The position numbers and the translations under genes are program-made. The notes below the pieces were generated by a model. The model was not told the DNA's origin and did not search any database. It saw only the letters and a program-made list of their open reading frames with translations. A DNA stretch of 64,000 bases from a virus (taxonomy: Duplodnaviria; Caudoviricetes), in IMG/VR virus record IMGVR_UViG_3300032270_001157, positions 1 to 64,000 of that record; one strand, given 5' to 3'. Below are positions 27,401-38,900 of this stretch, piece by piece. Within the stretch, counting starts at the first letter, position 1. Each line of letters begins with the position of its first letter.

Positions 27401-29933
27401 GAGAACTAAAGCCTAAGATTGGTGGAATTTTGCCTTGGTCATCACTCATAGCGTTAACAATAGTTGATCCTACAATCAAAGTATCATCAATCCAATTTCC
27501 TGGCTCTTCCCATGCTCCATCAGCTGATATTTGCCATTCTGGATAAATTTTACCAGTTCCTTGTTTAGCATAAATCCCGTCTGCTATCATTACAGAACCA
27601 TTATCAAATAATGATGTGTCTTGATAATATCTTGGACTAGGAATTTTTACCATATACGTTTTGCCATAATGCTCCATAGCAATATTAGCAAAAAATTTAT
27701 GTATTGCTTGTAAATTAGAATATAAAGTTTTAGTAAAAGGTGTTAAATTTTCTAAGCCAACCTGTCCACCTCTAGCATTACCATTTTGAACAGCTACTTG
27801 TTTTGACTTATTTGCCCAATTTATTGAACGTAAACCGCTGATAAATTCGGACTTGGATCCATAATTTCCATATGACTGTCTAAATGCTTGATAACAAATT
27901 TCAGAAATATCTGTACTAAAAAAATTATCAAAGCAATATGTTAACCATTGATCAAAGCCTTTACCAGCAGCTCTAAGCTCATTTTCTAAAACTAAAAATT
28001 TAGGGTTAACACTAATAATACCATCAAATATAGGAGCTGATACTAATCCTTTAAGATCGTTCATATCGAACAAAATTTGCACTTGACTAAGACCAGGATC
28101 AAAATAAACTTTACGAGCTAAACCATCAGCTCCTTGTCCAAAATATGGACAAATCATATCGGTATATAATGGATGATTTTTTAATGTAGATGAAGCTACT
28201 AAGTTAATAACAGTGGAAATACTAACTCCATCTGTATAGTTACCTCTAGAGAAAGTTCTAGAATTAGTCCAAGGATCTATTGGATTTGGACCAGTGGTAA
28301 ATGCCACTTGATCATTATAATTTCCGGGTGGATTTTCAGCCACGGCCGCACCACCACTATATAAACTAGAATATCTTCGTGTACTTAAAAAACTAGGCAT
28401 TCTAGCTTGATTAGTTCCTGGCTGTCCCAGATTGCCATAATTTAAAAATGATCCAACACCGCCATTGGAAAAGGGGTCAAAAACTAATGTTGTCTGATTA
28501 GATACTAAAGATGTAGTTTTAAATTGTAATAATCTTTTTTGTGGACCACCCAAATACATTGATCTTGTAGTTTGATCAGCATATTCTTGTCCATAGCTAT
28601 ATGAACTAATATTTAATCCATTAGCTGCTAATGCTGATACAAAATTTTTGATGACATTTTTTTGTGGCTGTAATCTACGAGAAACAGTATTAATCTTAAA
28701 GACACCACTACAATTACTTCCTGCTGGTGCTGGTTCTAAGGAGATAAAGAAATCAAATCCGGCCCCGTCACAAATATCGCTGATAAATTGCATTAAGCTA
28801 ATAACTGGACCAGTGGTATATAGAGAGGGAGGAGGAGCTGGTACAGCACTTAGATCTAACTTATAAGCACCATGAAAAACTCCGTCTACATTATTAACGC
28901 CGGGACATATTCCACAATTCTTTAAAGTAACACGTCTTCCGTCAGCGTCGGTGATCACAGCTTGATTTACATTAACAAATGTTCCATTAGTTTCTGTGAG
29001 AGTACGACCCAAGATTGCCCCATAAGGAAAGAAGGGGTTGGTATCTGTTGTTCCTGGGGCGAGCATATTGACTAAAGCATTATAGATGTTTATTGCAGGA
29101 ATTCCGTTATCCGTTCTTCCAGCATTACCAAAACCAACTTGCTCCCAGTATCCATAAATATTAAAAACATTGGGTAAATTGCCTTGTCTTAAAGTAGCAT
29201 TATGAGGCAAAAAAGATGCTGATGCATCATAATGAGAGGGAACAGAGATATTCTCTCCAGTATAATTATCTGAGGTATTAGGCATACTAGAAGATACCGT
29301 ACCAGCATAAGCATCTATAATTAGTTGACATCCTTTTAATAAAGACGATCCATTCTTCATTTCAATTTCATATGTCGGGGAGCCACCTTGTGAACCCACA
29401 GCTTTCCACGAAGTAATTAATCCACCAAAATAAATATCTTCAAACCAGAAAACTGCGGGAACACCAATAAGATCATATCCGATAGAGGAAAATTTATTAG
29501 GTAAACCCAAAAATCCGGGATCTGGACCTAACCATCTGGCTGGAATACCATCAGATCCCTTGCATATTTTTCCAGGATCCATATTCTTTGCTGCTTGCTC
29601 TTCCAGATTTAAACTAATAGGTTTTAATAAATTTCTGGTTACGTCTGCACTAACCTCCTCTGTTGTAGCATCAAGTCTTAATGCCTCAGAAGATCTGCTA
29701 TTGGGTTGATTAACAGTAGATACTCTACCACTTAAAGGATTATATTTAGTAGAGGCGGGATGATATGCTGTATCTTCTACCAAAGTCACTGTTAAAGAGC
29801 TAGAGTCCTCGCCCCATGCTAAATTCATATTAAAGTTTGTTATACTGCATCCTAAAAACAATGATTGTTCAAGAGGACCGACTTCTCTATATGATCCAAC
29901 TGGACAAGAACTGCTAGACTGAATATTAGTCAT
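24483..29933 (-). CDS. Putative tail-tip/baseplate hub protein (1816 aa)
   Basis: Third gene after the TMP. N-terminal beta-rich segment LFLGCSITNFNMNLAWG..SSLTVTLVED. Contains a CPFC...CPFC pair. Confidence 0.55.
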   Translation of the reverse strand: MTNIQSSSSCPVGSYREVGPLEQSLFLGCSITNFNMNLAWGEDSSSLTVTLVEDTAYHPASTKYNPLSGRVSTVNQPNSRSSEALRLDATTEEVSADVTRNLLKPISLNLEEQAAKNMDPGKICKGSDGIPARWLGPDPGFLGLPNKFSSIGYDLIGVPAVFWFEDIYFGGLITSWKAVGSQGGSPTYEIEMKNGSSLLKGCQLIIDAYAGTVSSSMPNTSDNYTGENISVPSHYDASASFLPHNATLRQGNLPNVFNIYGYWEQVGFGNAGRTDNGIPAINIYNALVNMLAPGTTDTNPFFPYGAILGRTLTETNGTFVNVNQAVITDADGRRVTLKNCGICPGVNNVDGVFHGAYKLDLSAVPAPPPSLYTTGPVISLMQFISDICDGAGFDFFISLEPAPAGSNCSGVFKINTVSRRLQPQKNVIKNFVSALAANGLNISSYSYGQEYADQTTRSMYLGGPQKRLLQFKTTSLVSNQTTLVFDPFSNGGVGSFLNYGNLGQPGTNQARMPSFLSTRRYSSLYSGGAAVAENPPGNYNDQVAFTTGPNPIDPWTNSRTFSRGNYTDGVSISTVINLVASSTLKNHPLYTDMICPYFGQGADGLARKVYFDPGLSQVQILFDMNDLKGLVSAPIFDGIISVNPKFLVLENELRAAGKGFDQWLTYCFDNFFSTDISEICYQAFRQSYGNYGSKSEFISGLRSINWANKSKQVAVQNGNARGGQVGLENLTPFTKTLYSNLQAIHKFFANIAMEHYGKTYMVKIPSPRYYQDTSLFDNGSVMIADGIYAKQGTGKIYPEWQISADGAWEEPGNWIDDTLIVGSTIVNAMSDDQGKIPPILGFSSHPEVNCREKWVAEKNIMAASLINSADCGSHIMTDWVALLNGRNATSATDERNNYYTSIHHSLPAEEYVDIPYRGVPSISYATAHGKPMPQDKVYKTYTKASCQQDFVFLEPEAELRVVISVSSPVYIGNHRNFEDVGLIHIMQGDALNKVVKGSSIPTPMINPLAAGQTTHGGLRRYPYPDYVYMDARSLIMHRFNDSSTIEILFGSNGGQITNESSENTSVLNKAANPFFAAIPVESVLATYGPWTNHPGLIENNIFGGRTNPSNDVNNLVGGIKVNHDAGLVPWNYGGMDALDAAVMAKIKDDVNYQQTTEQGSIQVPGAILLNLAGKAFNLGHALASSNDGFGGPIISSIQVQVGEGGITTNYNMRTYTRKLGFYNKENADRIKAIGAESLKRRKELSTSLLNVLGTLNNGPRYGSSINSGPGNIFDAILNHTQQPKMYQWSPFEILAGANSPIVHPDSAIGDIYRDLNYSPGWSKMPFVANNISYDPKNMIRESTNVSLQDVQELPRELKHGYANKSMMSLDGLLSPISFYPTPHGATFSITKYPRPGCPFCKGTAKYSYNFIDPDASITSSNININTITNSITSKTVDCPFCETIEDKTKKQLVSASPKETNPPYILASGDDLTLIGKNNLGTVSGLSGNPIINYGTLNPVLMSVGEFSSYPNRQLNDLTGHSIDLIGQGLTAPEGDNGLKPAYSKNIERSFLDYDQNYMDFTRLRGMNPATVPANNMRYFGLRGPLMVHGWGYDLEGYPVPNASGEPKVVNGEIVKDRVTGKIIYKNQTQKPDGTWTEPYKEHQFYKGWGQLPSTWPVGPVDLRWDANAGVWTVGANYKPVWVVLETDLVNRQPSRGAIIEDSYTNDPLPEGLRKLVFVQDNLGINPAPRKAPVYCKYNGQNGFYEPVYNKTYTTSGTIQGNTSVSIYNIYQDPNNTIDISYLTTFGNPMGFSVSNGDLGMFNFINGSWILQSVNC

Positions 29934-29944
29934 AATTTATCCTA

Positions 29945-31621
29945 TTAAGGGTCTGTTATACACTTCACCCATTCCCATGATTTAATCTTAGTGAAACGTC
30001 CTTCGCTCACATTCCAATTAGATTGATCCGCTTTTACATAAGCTCTTACACCACGAACGTCTGGATTATTTGTTAAATTGGTTGGATTAAAACTTTCTAC
30101 TATTCCTGTAATAGCTTTATAATGTTCGATTGGAAATGTTAAATTTCTTAATCCGGTTGGTCTCGGTAATACTACTTCAAAAGTTACATTTCTATTAGAA
30201 GCACTAACTGTGCCAAGGTCTTGTAAAATAGGGCCTAGTTTTCTTCCTAATACAAAAATAGACGCAACAAGAGGTAAAGCAAAACCATCTTCAATAGATA
30301 ATGTTTCGCTAATTGAACCAGCAATAAGATTAAGAGGTCTATTATTAAAAGACCAACTATAAGTAATAGTTCCTTCTGAGGGATTCATTCCTTCTGTGAT
30401 TGTTACTGGAATTGGATTTAAATTAGCTTCATATCTTGTAACAGCAGGATTGAATGTACTAAAAGCATTAGTGAAATTAAAACCACCAGTACTAGCAGTA
30501 GTTAGTGGGGCCGGAGTAGTTGTTGTTGGAGTATTACGAACATTATATGCAAAACCAGCAGCCCTATTATACATAGCCATTTTGATACCGCTATAACCAC
30601 TAACAGCATAGTAAAATTTTGTACTAGTATTATTATTGAATTTCAGAGTGTTGTTGTTATATAGATCCGCGATAGAACCACTCAGAGACCCAGATAAATA
30701 AGGAGCATTATTAACATTGTATATATTTCCACTATTAAAAGGCTCTAATCCCTTAACTGTCCCATTAATAGTTACAGTTCTTAACATAGAAGTATCTAAA
30801 GTACTTTCTACAGTAAAGGTCTCTGTATATGGTTTTAGTCCAGTACCAGAAGGCACTCCCAACCAATTATCTGTAATTTTATAAGATCCCTCAGTATCAC
30901 TAGAACTGATACTTCTGACAAAATTATACAAAACTAGTCCACTAATCATTCCACTATATTTAACACTATTATTTAACTGATAATTAACCCAGTCTTTAGC
31001 ATTTTTAACAGGACTATCTCCCGATACCATGCCTCCAGTTCCAGTTGGAACAAATTTACCAACTGCTCCTAAAGTTCTAGAAATACGATAGAACGGATAA
31101 TTTGAACCAACACCAAATTCTATATTGCCTCCATAGCCTAATAATGCAGCATTTAGTGGGGATTTAGCAAAAGAATTCTCTTCTAGTGTCTCTATGCTCC
31201 AATCATCTTGGGTGCTACTAACATAAAATATTCCACTACCAGTATTCATTACTTCTGATTGTAATTCAATACTATAGTCTATGGTGGTGGTCCAATTATC
31301 ATCTGTGCGACTGGCCGCATATTTATTTATTTTAATACCAGAATATATTGTGGTGGTACTTCCGCAACCTATAGTTAAAGTCTGACCATCACTAGAAAAA
31401 GCGTTTCGTAATCCGCTTTCTAGTACCAACAAATGATTAAAACCAGCATTACCACTACCAGTATAAATTTTACCTTCTAAAGAAATAGATACCAGAGCAC
31501 CAATTGGTCTACCAGCACCATCTCTTTGTTGATCTCTAGAAATACCCACAAATGGAACAGGATATCCACTAACTCCGGAAAAACTAAAGCCCCCGTACTG
31601 TATAAATGCTGATGTTGCCAT
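29945..31621 (-). CDS. Putative distal tail (Dit-like) protein
   Basis: Lies downstream of the TMP. Repeated tube-like beta motifs (ISLEGKI, YSIELQ, GTITYSWSF). Confidence 0.45.
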   Translation of the reverse strand: MATSAFIQYGGFSFSGVSGYPVPFVGISRDQQRDGAGRPIGALVSISLEGKIYTGSGNAGFNHLLVLESGLRNAFSSDGQTLTIGCGSTTTIYSGIKINKYAASRTDDNWTTTIDYSIELQSEVMNTGSGIFYVSSTQDDWSIETLEENSFAKSPLNAALLGYGGNIEFGVGSNYPFYRISRTLGAVGKFVPTGTGGMVSGDSPVKNAKDWVNYQLNNSVKYSGMISGLVLYNFVRSISSSDTEGSYKITDNWLGVPSGTGLKPYTETFTVESTLDTSMLRTVTINGTVKGLEPFNSGNIYNVNNAPYLSGSLSGSIADLYNNNTLKFNNNTSTKFYYAVSGYSGIKMAMYNRAAGFAYNVRNTPTTTTPAPLTTASTGGFNFTNAFSTFNPAVTRYEANLNPIPVTITEGMNPSEGTITYSWSFNNRPLNLIAGSISETLSIEDGFALPLVASIFVLGRKLGPILQDLGTVSASNRNVTFEVVLPRPTGLRNLTFPIEHYKAITGIVESFNPTNLTNNPDVRGVRAYVKADQSNWNVSEGRFTKIKSWEWVKCITDP

Positions 31622-31642
31622 AATTAGTCCTGTAATTTATTC

Positions 31643-34600
31643 CTAGTTCAAATACAATGGATCACTACCAATATGATTCAACTGATTAATTTTTGCTGTG
31701 GCTGACCAAATGGCAGTATATCCTGCTGCTCCACTAGCTACGATACTTAATCTAGGAGGATTAGAGTCAACAACTTGTGTACCAATTGACATGCCAGCAG
31801 GCATAGTGTCTCCATATGTTCTGGTAAGTTCTGTTCCCAATTTAGAAAATCTAATACCACTAGCTGTTCTAATAAGGGCACCTTCGATAAAGATTCCAGC
31901 GCCATTTCTAGTAGCATTTGGATTAACAGAACTAGAACTACCTAATTGCCATAATGCAGAGATATCTATCTTGTAAGTCCAAACTCTATCATATTCATAA
32001 CTTGTAGCATCAGAGAAAGCACTTAAATTAATGCAATTTGCTGTTGTTTCTGTGGTCACAACAGTACTACCAACTGCTGGTTTTGTCCAATCAGTTACTA
32101 GTGGTCTAACTTGTCCACCGTCTGTAGTGCGAGTTCTAAGATAATATTGAGCATATTGTGAGGAGCCGTTATACTTCTCATCAGATGCCTTAATTGATCC
32201 GCCAGCAAAAACATGGTTATGTCTAGTTTGTGTGACTTGTGGTTTATAACCAAATTCTATACCTCTTACACTATTGGGATCATTAGCTATTGTTTGATTT
32301 TGATAAACTTTTAATCCACTAGAGCTAACCCAAGCGTCTCCTCTCCAAATTAGCATGGTGCCATCATTATTGGCTCCCATATTAGTGCCATCAGTTAACT
32401 TGCTACTAAGTCCAATATCTACTCTAAAGGAAGCATCTCCTTGTGAGGTATATGTAATATTCATTGGATATAAACCAGAAAATTGTGTTTTCAAGTCTAT
32501 ATCACTAAAGCGTAAATTACCAAACTGGTCGGTTCTTAAATAATAACCAGAGGCAGTGGCACCCTCTCCGATTTTTAAACTCTTGAACCATGCTTTACCA
32601 TTGGCATAAAGAACAACTCCACTGCTATTTGAATTAGCAATATCTGATGATGAAGCATTGATAGTCACGGATCCAGTTGGACTAATGTGAAAACCTATGC
32701 GATTATTTAAAGAACCAGAGTTGATGACTGAAAATTTATTTCCAAGTCCACGATTATTAAATACTGTATCAATACTATCGGTAGAACTTAAAATGATATT
32801 GTAGAAACTATCTGGGATATTAGTAAACAAGCTGTCATAAGATACAATTCCAGTAGCTCCTAAAGCTAAAGTTTGCTGAGAATTAATCCATCTTATACTA
32901 GTATTTCCAGTAGCCCATGAGTTTTCGTTGGCGAAAATAATGCTATTAGCTCTTGTTGCAGCCGAGTTGAGCCTACCACTATTATTAACAAATAAGAATG
33001 TTCCAGTGAGACTGGGAGGTAAATTAACTCCACTATTAACAGTGAAATTATTAAAGGTTCCTGAGTTACCACTTACGTTATGGAAATCAATTCTTTGATG
33101 ACCAAAATTGGTATCTAATAGAACTCTAGCAAATTCAACTCCGCCACTACCCCTAACTCTTAGTCTGTATGTTGACGCTTCATCATTAACAAAGACACCA
33201 GTAGAAGTAATATAAAATCCATTATTTCCACCAAGGTTGAAATTCATTTGTTTAGTGCTGGGACTATATAGTATTTCAGAAATACCACTAGCTACTTTAT
33301 CATTAACTCTATACATTAACCCAGTATCTGTACCAGAGATTCTCACAGGTAGCTGCCATGTTCCAACACCATTAGTGTTAGTTGTTAATACATAAGCATC
33401 TGGAGCAGAGAATCCGACTCTAAGAGATGAGGTCGTTGTTAATCCACTAACTGCTAGGTCAGAAGTGGGATTATCAGTATTGATACCTACTCTATTAGAA
33501 TTAAGACCGATATTTAAAACACTAGTAGCATCATTGCTAGACTTAACAACAAAATTATCCTGTACGGCCCCTGAATTAAAGACCACCTTATCATTGTCTA
33601 ATATCATCTTATTAGAATTATTAGTACCCATATATAGAGTATTATCAGCTAGTCCACTAATGTTATATCCTATTACAACATTACGAACGCCAGAAACATT
33701 ATTATTATAACCCACAATAACGCCACTACTATATAAGTATGTGTTATTCGTTCCAACAACTATATTATTAGAACCATAGATTGGGTTGGTTTCAGTTCCA
33801 CCAGCACCACCTAATCGCTGATATGGCATTACTAAACCACTAACTATAGTTGTGTTGGGACTATTATTATCATCAAAAGCATTATTAACAGAATAATAAC
33901 CATTTGCTCTATCTATTGCTACAGGGGCTCCGATAGATATTGTGGTAGTGTTATCAATACTATTTTCTACTACATTAGAGATTTCTCTAACAAATGTATT
34001 ATTAACAGATGGTGGACTTTGAACACAAAGTAAAATCTTGTCTCCCACCAAATACTTGGATGTAATTCCTAGTGTTGGTACAGTGATATTAAGACCAACA
34101 CTATCTACAACACACTGATTTCTTGTGGACCCTAAAGTATTTTCACGACCATAAACGATATTATTGATACCGTTCAATTTATTTGCTGTACCTATTATGA
34201 TGCCACTAGACACCATTTGATTATAGCCTACAACAATATTACCACTACCAAATACGTCCATTTTTGTGTTTGCAGTATTAAAGACCATAGATTCTTGGCC
34301 TACTACTGCTATCTTTGATCCAACAGTTCCTATCTGATCTCCAACTAAGAAGTTTGAGTTACCGATAGCATAAGCATTAGAAGCATTCTTTAAATTATTA
34401 TAGGAACCAATGGCGCTAATATTAGATCCAGATGCAACATTCTTGTTTCCTAAAATTACATTACTATTACCAGACTGTGCTAAATTGTTAATACCAACAA
34501 TGATGGAATTATTTACTGTCCCAGCTGTTCTACTAGGGTTGCCGCTAATAGCGCCTACCGAGTTAATATAGACACCAGTTTGATTATTTAGTATACCTAC

Positions 34601-35986
34601 GACTAAGTTATTATTGCTAGTTGGAGGAACAGCATTGATACTACCTAATACTAAATTATTACTAACTGTACCACTTAAATTATTAGTATTGCCTACTACA
34701 AGAGAACCATTAATATCTCTAAGAACATTAGCCTGACCAATTAATAATAGTTGGGATGGCGCACCACTAGCAAGATTATTATTAATACCTAAAAGAATAC
34801 TTTGATCAAGACCAGAATTAGTAGCGTTACCTAGTCCGATAACAATAGACTTGGTAGTATCTTGCAGATTGATATTATTACCAACAAAAATACCACTAGA
34901 AATATTAGTGAGTGTTTGATCAGAACCGATACAGATTAGCTTGGTGCCGGTAATTACGTCTGAGCTACCATATACTTTATTAGAATTTCCACTTAGACTA
35001 ACATTAGAACCTACAACACTATTATCGTTACCAAGTAAACTATTAACATTTCCAATATAAATATTATTGTTGCCAGTATTGCTGACATAAGAACCTAACA
35101 CAACACCAGAAGCGCCAGAACTCACACCAACCTGAACTAGTCCAACGCTAGTAGAAGTATTCAGACTATTATTACTTCCTAAAAGAATATTATAATTGCC
35201 AGTAATACTACTAGAATTACCAACAAAAATATTGGATAATCCACTAAGATTAACCGAATCACCCAAAGCAGTATTATTTGCACCAATTAACCTAGAGTTA
35301 TTTACTAGAGCAAAAACTTTGGCTCCATTAAAATAATTTGAACTACCGATAACGATACCAGTATTAGATATTCCTGTGTTACTTGAACCGATATTTGTTA
35401 ATCCTACTCCCGTTACAGCATTACTAACACCTACTACTGTATATGTATAGCCGGATACGCTATTACTACCACCAAGAATTACGTTTCTTAAATTAGCACT
35501 AAATACAGGCTTATTGGTTCCTTTATCATCAACAGTAAATAATATTTCACCACTAGTAGATCCGGTAACAGGATCAAGAATCTTGGACATGATCTGTCCA
35601 TAAACAACCTCATTATAGTTAGTATCTCGACCGGCTAAATTAACAATAGCAGGATAACTACCAGAAAGTGGAGTAGTTTGTGGATTATGCACTAGTAATA
35701 GAGTTACGCCGGTAGGGCAGTTTGTGATACTCTCTACAATCAAACCATCTTTTGAGCATGGAGCTACAACGTGTAATACAGCATCGGGTAATCCTGTTCC
35801 AACTCCTAGTCTACCGGTAGAAGCATCAAAATATACTAATCCATTGCCGGTGCCACGAATACTAAAATCAATATCTTGTTTAAGAGCATTAAAAGAAGTA
35901 CTAATACCAGAAGTTTCTGATAATATAATTGATGGATTAACACCAGAACCAACATATAGTGTACCAGATACTGTTTGACTACTCAT
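31643..35986 (-). CDS. Tail fibre/adhesin with YadA-head-like Gly/Asn repeats
   Basis: Long run of (I/V)xxGxxN repeats at about 33690-35500, plus GRLGVGT..P and RVGINT..P fibre motifs. Confidence 0.7.
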   Translation of the reverse strand: MSSQTVSGTLYVGSGVNPSIILSETSGISTSFNALKQDIDFSIRGTGNGLVYFDASTGRLGVGTGLPDAVLHVVAPCSKDGLIVESITNCPTGVTLLLVHNPQTTPLSGSYPAIVNLAGRDTNYNEVVYGQIMSKILDPVTGSTSGEILFTVDDKGTNKPVFSANLRNVILGGSNSVSGYTYTVVGVSNAVTGVGLTNIGSSNTGISNTGIVIGSSNYFNGAKVFALVNNSRLIGANNTALGDSVNLSGLSNIFVGNSSSITGNYNILLGSNNSLNTSTSVGLVQVGVSSGASGVVLGSYVSNTGNNNIYIGNVNSLLGNDNSVVGSNVSLSGNSNKVYGSSDVITGTKLICIGSDQTLTNISSGIFVGNNINLQDTTKSIVIGLGNATNSGLDQSILLGINNNLASGAPSQLLLIGQANVLRDINGSLVVGNTNNLSGTVSNNLVLGSINAVPPTSNNNLVVGILNNQTGVYINSVGAISGNPSRTAGTVNNSIIVGINNLAQSGNSNVILGNKNVASGSNISAIGSYNNLKNASNAYAIGNSNFLVGDQIGTVGSKIAVVGQESMVFNTANTKMDVFGSGNIVVGYNQMVSSGIIIGTANKLNGINNIVYGRENTLGSTRNQCVVDSVGLNITVPTLGITSKYLVGDKILLCVQSPPSVNNTFVREISNVVENSIDNTTTISIGAPVAIDRANGYYSVNNAFDDNNSPNTTIVSGLVMPYQRLGGAGGTETNPIYGSNNIVVGTNNTYLYSSGVIVGYNNNVSGVRNVVIGYNISGLADNTLYMGTNNSNKMILDNDKVVFNSGAVQDNFVVKSSNDATSVLNIGLNSNRVGINTDNPTSDLAVSGLTTTSSLRVGFSAPDAYVLTTNTNGVGTWQLPVRISGTDTGLMYRVNDKVASGISEILYSPSTKQMNFNLGGNNGFYITSTGVFVNDEASTYRLRVRGSGGVEFARVLLDTNFGHQRIDFHNVSGNSGTFNNFTVNSGVNLPPSLTGTFLFVNNSGRLNSAATRANSIIFANENSWATGNTSIRWINSQQTLALGATGIVSYDSLFTNIPDSFYNIILSSTDSIDTVFNNRGLGNKFSVINSGSLNNRIGFHISPTGSVTINASSSDIANSNSSGVVLYANGKAWFKSLKIGEGATASGYYLRTDQFGNLRFSDIDLKTQFSGLYPMNITYTSQGDASFRVDIGLSSKLTDGTNMGANNDGTMLIWRGDAWVSSSGLKVYQNQTIANDPNSVRGIEFGYKPQVTQTRHNHVFAGGSIKASDEKYNGSSQYAQYYLRTRTTDGGQVRPLVTDWTKPAVGSTVVTTETTANCINLSAFSDATSYEYDRVWTYKIDISALWQLGSSSSVNPNATRNGAGIFIEGALIRTASGIRFSKLGTELTRTYGDTMPAGMSIGTQVVDSNPPRLSIVASGAAGYTAIWSATAKINQLNHIGSDPLYLN

Positions 35987-35998
35987 TATAGTTACTCC

Positions 35999-38900
35999 TT
36001 ATGTTCGGAGCACTCCTTCTGTTTGAATTGCTAGTTTGTTCATGGCTACATTTACTTCACCTAAGATCATTCTCTGAATAGGCTCTTGCATATTAGCGAA
36101 TGCTGCTCCTCCATTAATAACAACCTCTACCTTGTGTGTGCCTTGAATAGTAATCTGTGGTGGTAAGTTAAGTGCTGCAAGTTGACCAATAAATTTATTG
36201 AATGTGTTAGTAAATTGGCTTAATCCATCCATATTTGGATTATTTGAGCCAGTATTATTAGATACACTATTTGTGGTACCTGAGGATAGTTGTTTTTGGT
36301 AATCGGACAGCATGGAAACTGCTAGTTGTAGGCTATTTGTGAACTGTTTGGTAGTTTGTGATAGAGATATAAATATTTGACCTAAATTAAACATACTACC
36401 ACTCCTAACTCCAGGTATTCCTCCTTCGGATAAATAAGCCATACCACCACGACTCATATGATTGACGCCACCATTTATAGATTGTAGTAATGGTAGATTT
36501 TGCTGGGTGGCTTGACGATTAACAACAAATTCTCCCGGAGTCAACATTGCTGGGATAGTATCAGTTCCGCGAGGCTGATAGTTAACTAAAGTTCCACGGG
36601 AAGCATAAATCATACCACCAGAGCTACGAAATGCTGGGTTACCAGCTGCTACTTGTGGATATAAAAAGCCTACAGTATTATTAATATTAAAAGGAGCTAA
36701 TCTAGCAGCATTATCTTCATCACTATTTTGTGGATTAATATAACCCATCTTAGTTAATTGTTTACTAATATTATTTTTTAGCATGGCTTGTTGGGCTCGG
36801 TTCATCCCTTGTCCTCTTGCAGCCATTCTATCAATACTGCTAAAATTTCTTAATAGCTTAGAAAATGTTTTTTCTTGAGCTTTTTCTAGTTTTTTACGCT
36901 CATCCATATTACCTTGAAGATAAGTATCTCCATTATTAATTCTTAAAGCTAATGCTTCAATTTGATCTGGATTCATTCTTAATATAGCAATATCTCTAGC
37001 GCTATATTTGTAATTACCACCAGATGTTTCCTGACTCATTGCTTGAATTAATGCTTCAGCTTGATCTGGAGTAAATGGATGGAATAAATCTTGTGCGGCC
37101 CCTGCTGATAATCCGTACTGAGTTAGTAGCTTTTCATCTATCTTGTTACTACCGGTTAAATTAAACTTTTTCTTGAGTTTGGATAAAGCCTGTTCTCTCC
37201 AACCCATAAAAGCTTCTGGACTAGTAAACTTATTGGGGGCTCCCATGCCCACAGCTTGTCCAACTGCTAACTCTAATCTGAATCGTTTAGCATTAGCCCT
37301 ATTTGATGCTGCAATCTGTGCTTTATTAGCGTCCTGCTCTTGCTTTTTCCCGTGCATTTTCCACTGTTGATCTCTTTCTCTCATGGGCACATCAACAGCT
37401 ATCATTCTATTTAATTTAATAATTTCAGAATTAATCTGGTCTCTTTCTCTAAGCAATCTTTCTTTATCTTTTTTCTGCTCCTCTGTCATATCCGCAGGAT
37501 CAACAAAAGAGTACTGTTCTAGTTCTAGTTCTTTGTCTTTTTTCTTCTTGTTTAAAGATTGAGTTTGTTTATTAGGATCAACAGTTTGACCAGACTTTAA
37601 TTTAACTGGTCCCGGTGTTGCTGGTTGGTGAACCCATCTATTGGCTTCTCTCTGATTTTCTGCTTGATTTCTGATTCTATTTGCTGTATCTACTTTATTT
37701 TTACCCCTTTGAGCAGAAGCTGTGAGGCCGTAGGTGTCTCCCGGCATTGATGTATCTGTTGCTACAGTAGCAGCGTCAACATCTCTTCCGTCTATTCTAA
37801 ATACTGAAGAACTAGCTCTGGCTTGAACTCTCTGATTTTCTAGTTCTTGTTCTCTTTTTCTCTCTTGAGCAGCTTGTTCGGCTTGTTTTTTCTCTTCTAT
37901 TTTAGCTATTCTAGCTTCTTCACTCGCTGCGTGTTGTCTCTCTAAATACTGTTCTTGAGCACTAACCGCTGATTGGAATACCTCATTAGTACTATGTGTA
38001 TTCCGGCCTTTGACTACTTTTCGATCACGCCCAAAAGGTACTGAAATAGTATCTTCACTATTTAAACTATCATAAATATTAGATATCTGTTGATCTATAA
38101 ATGCTTGTGTCATTAAATTGCCAACAGCGTCTTTGCGAGGTTTTGCTCCCTTTTGTAATCTTCTGCTTTCTATGTTAAATTCTGCTAATCTTTCAGCATC
38201 TCTTCTGTCCATTACATTTAATTTAAATTCAGCTAGTGGATCATCAGCACTGCTAGATATAGTACTATTTTTGAGCATTCGGTCAGTATTGTTGTTAGAA
38301 GTGTGCATCTTTTTTGCATCACCATACAATCCAACAGTTTCTTGTGTCAGCATATTTGCAGAAGCTATTAAGCCTGCTGTTGCTGGATCCAAACCAAATC
38401 CCATGTAGTATCCTGTGGTCAAACCTAATTGACTAAAATTCCCTAATTGTGTATCCAACATAGTTCCTTGTTGAACACCAGTAGCTCGACCAAGCAGAGA
38501 GTGAGCACCAACATCTCCCATAGTTTCCCCAGTACCTGTAACCACCCCCAGAACAGTATTTACTGCTCTATTTCTACCAGTCTTATTAGGATCAGCCATG
38601 GCTCCACTGATAGCTCCAAAAGTTGGACCTATTAACCTACCAACATAAGGAGCAGCCATTCTTGCAGCGCCAGAGGCTTGAGTGCCTATGTATTTTAAAG
38701 CTGTTGTAGAGGCTGCTCTAGGATTTTTAATAGCAGAACTAATATTAGAACCAACACTCTTAACTCCTTGATAAAGATTATCTAAGCCATCCATAGTGCT
38801 AGTTAGCCATCCTGGAAGTTTGGGACTTTTATAATTACTAGCCATTTCCAAAGCCCCTTGACTAGAATAAGCTCCTCGTTGACTAGTAGAGTTAATCCAG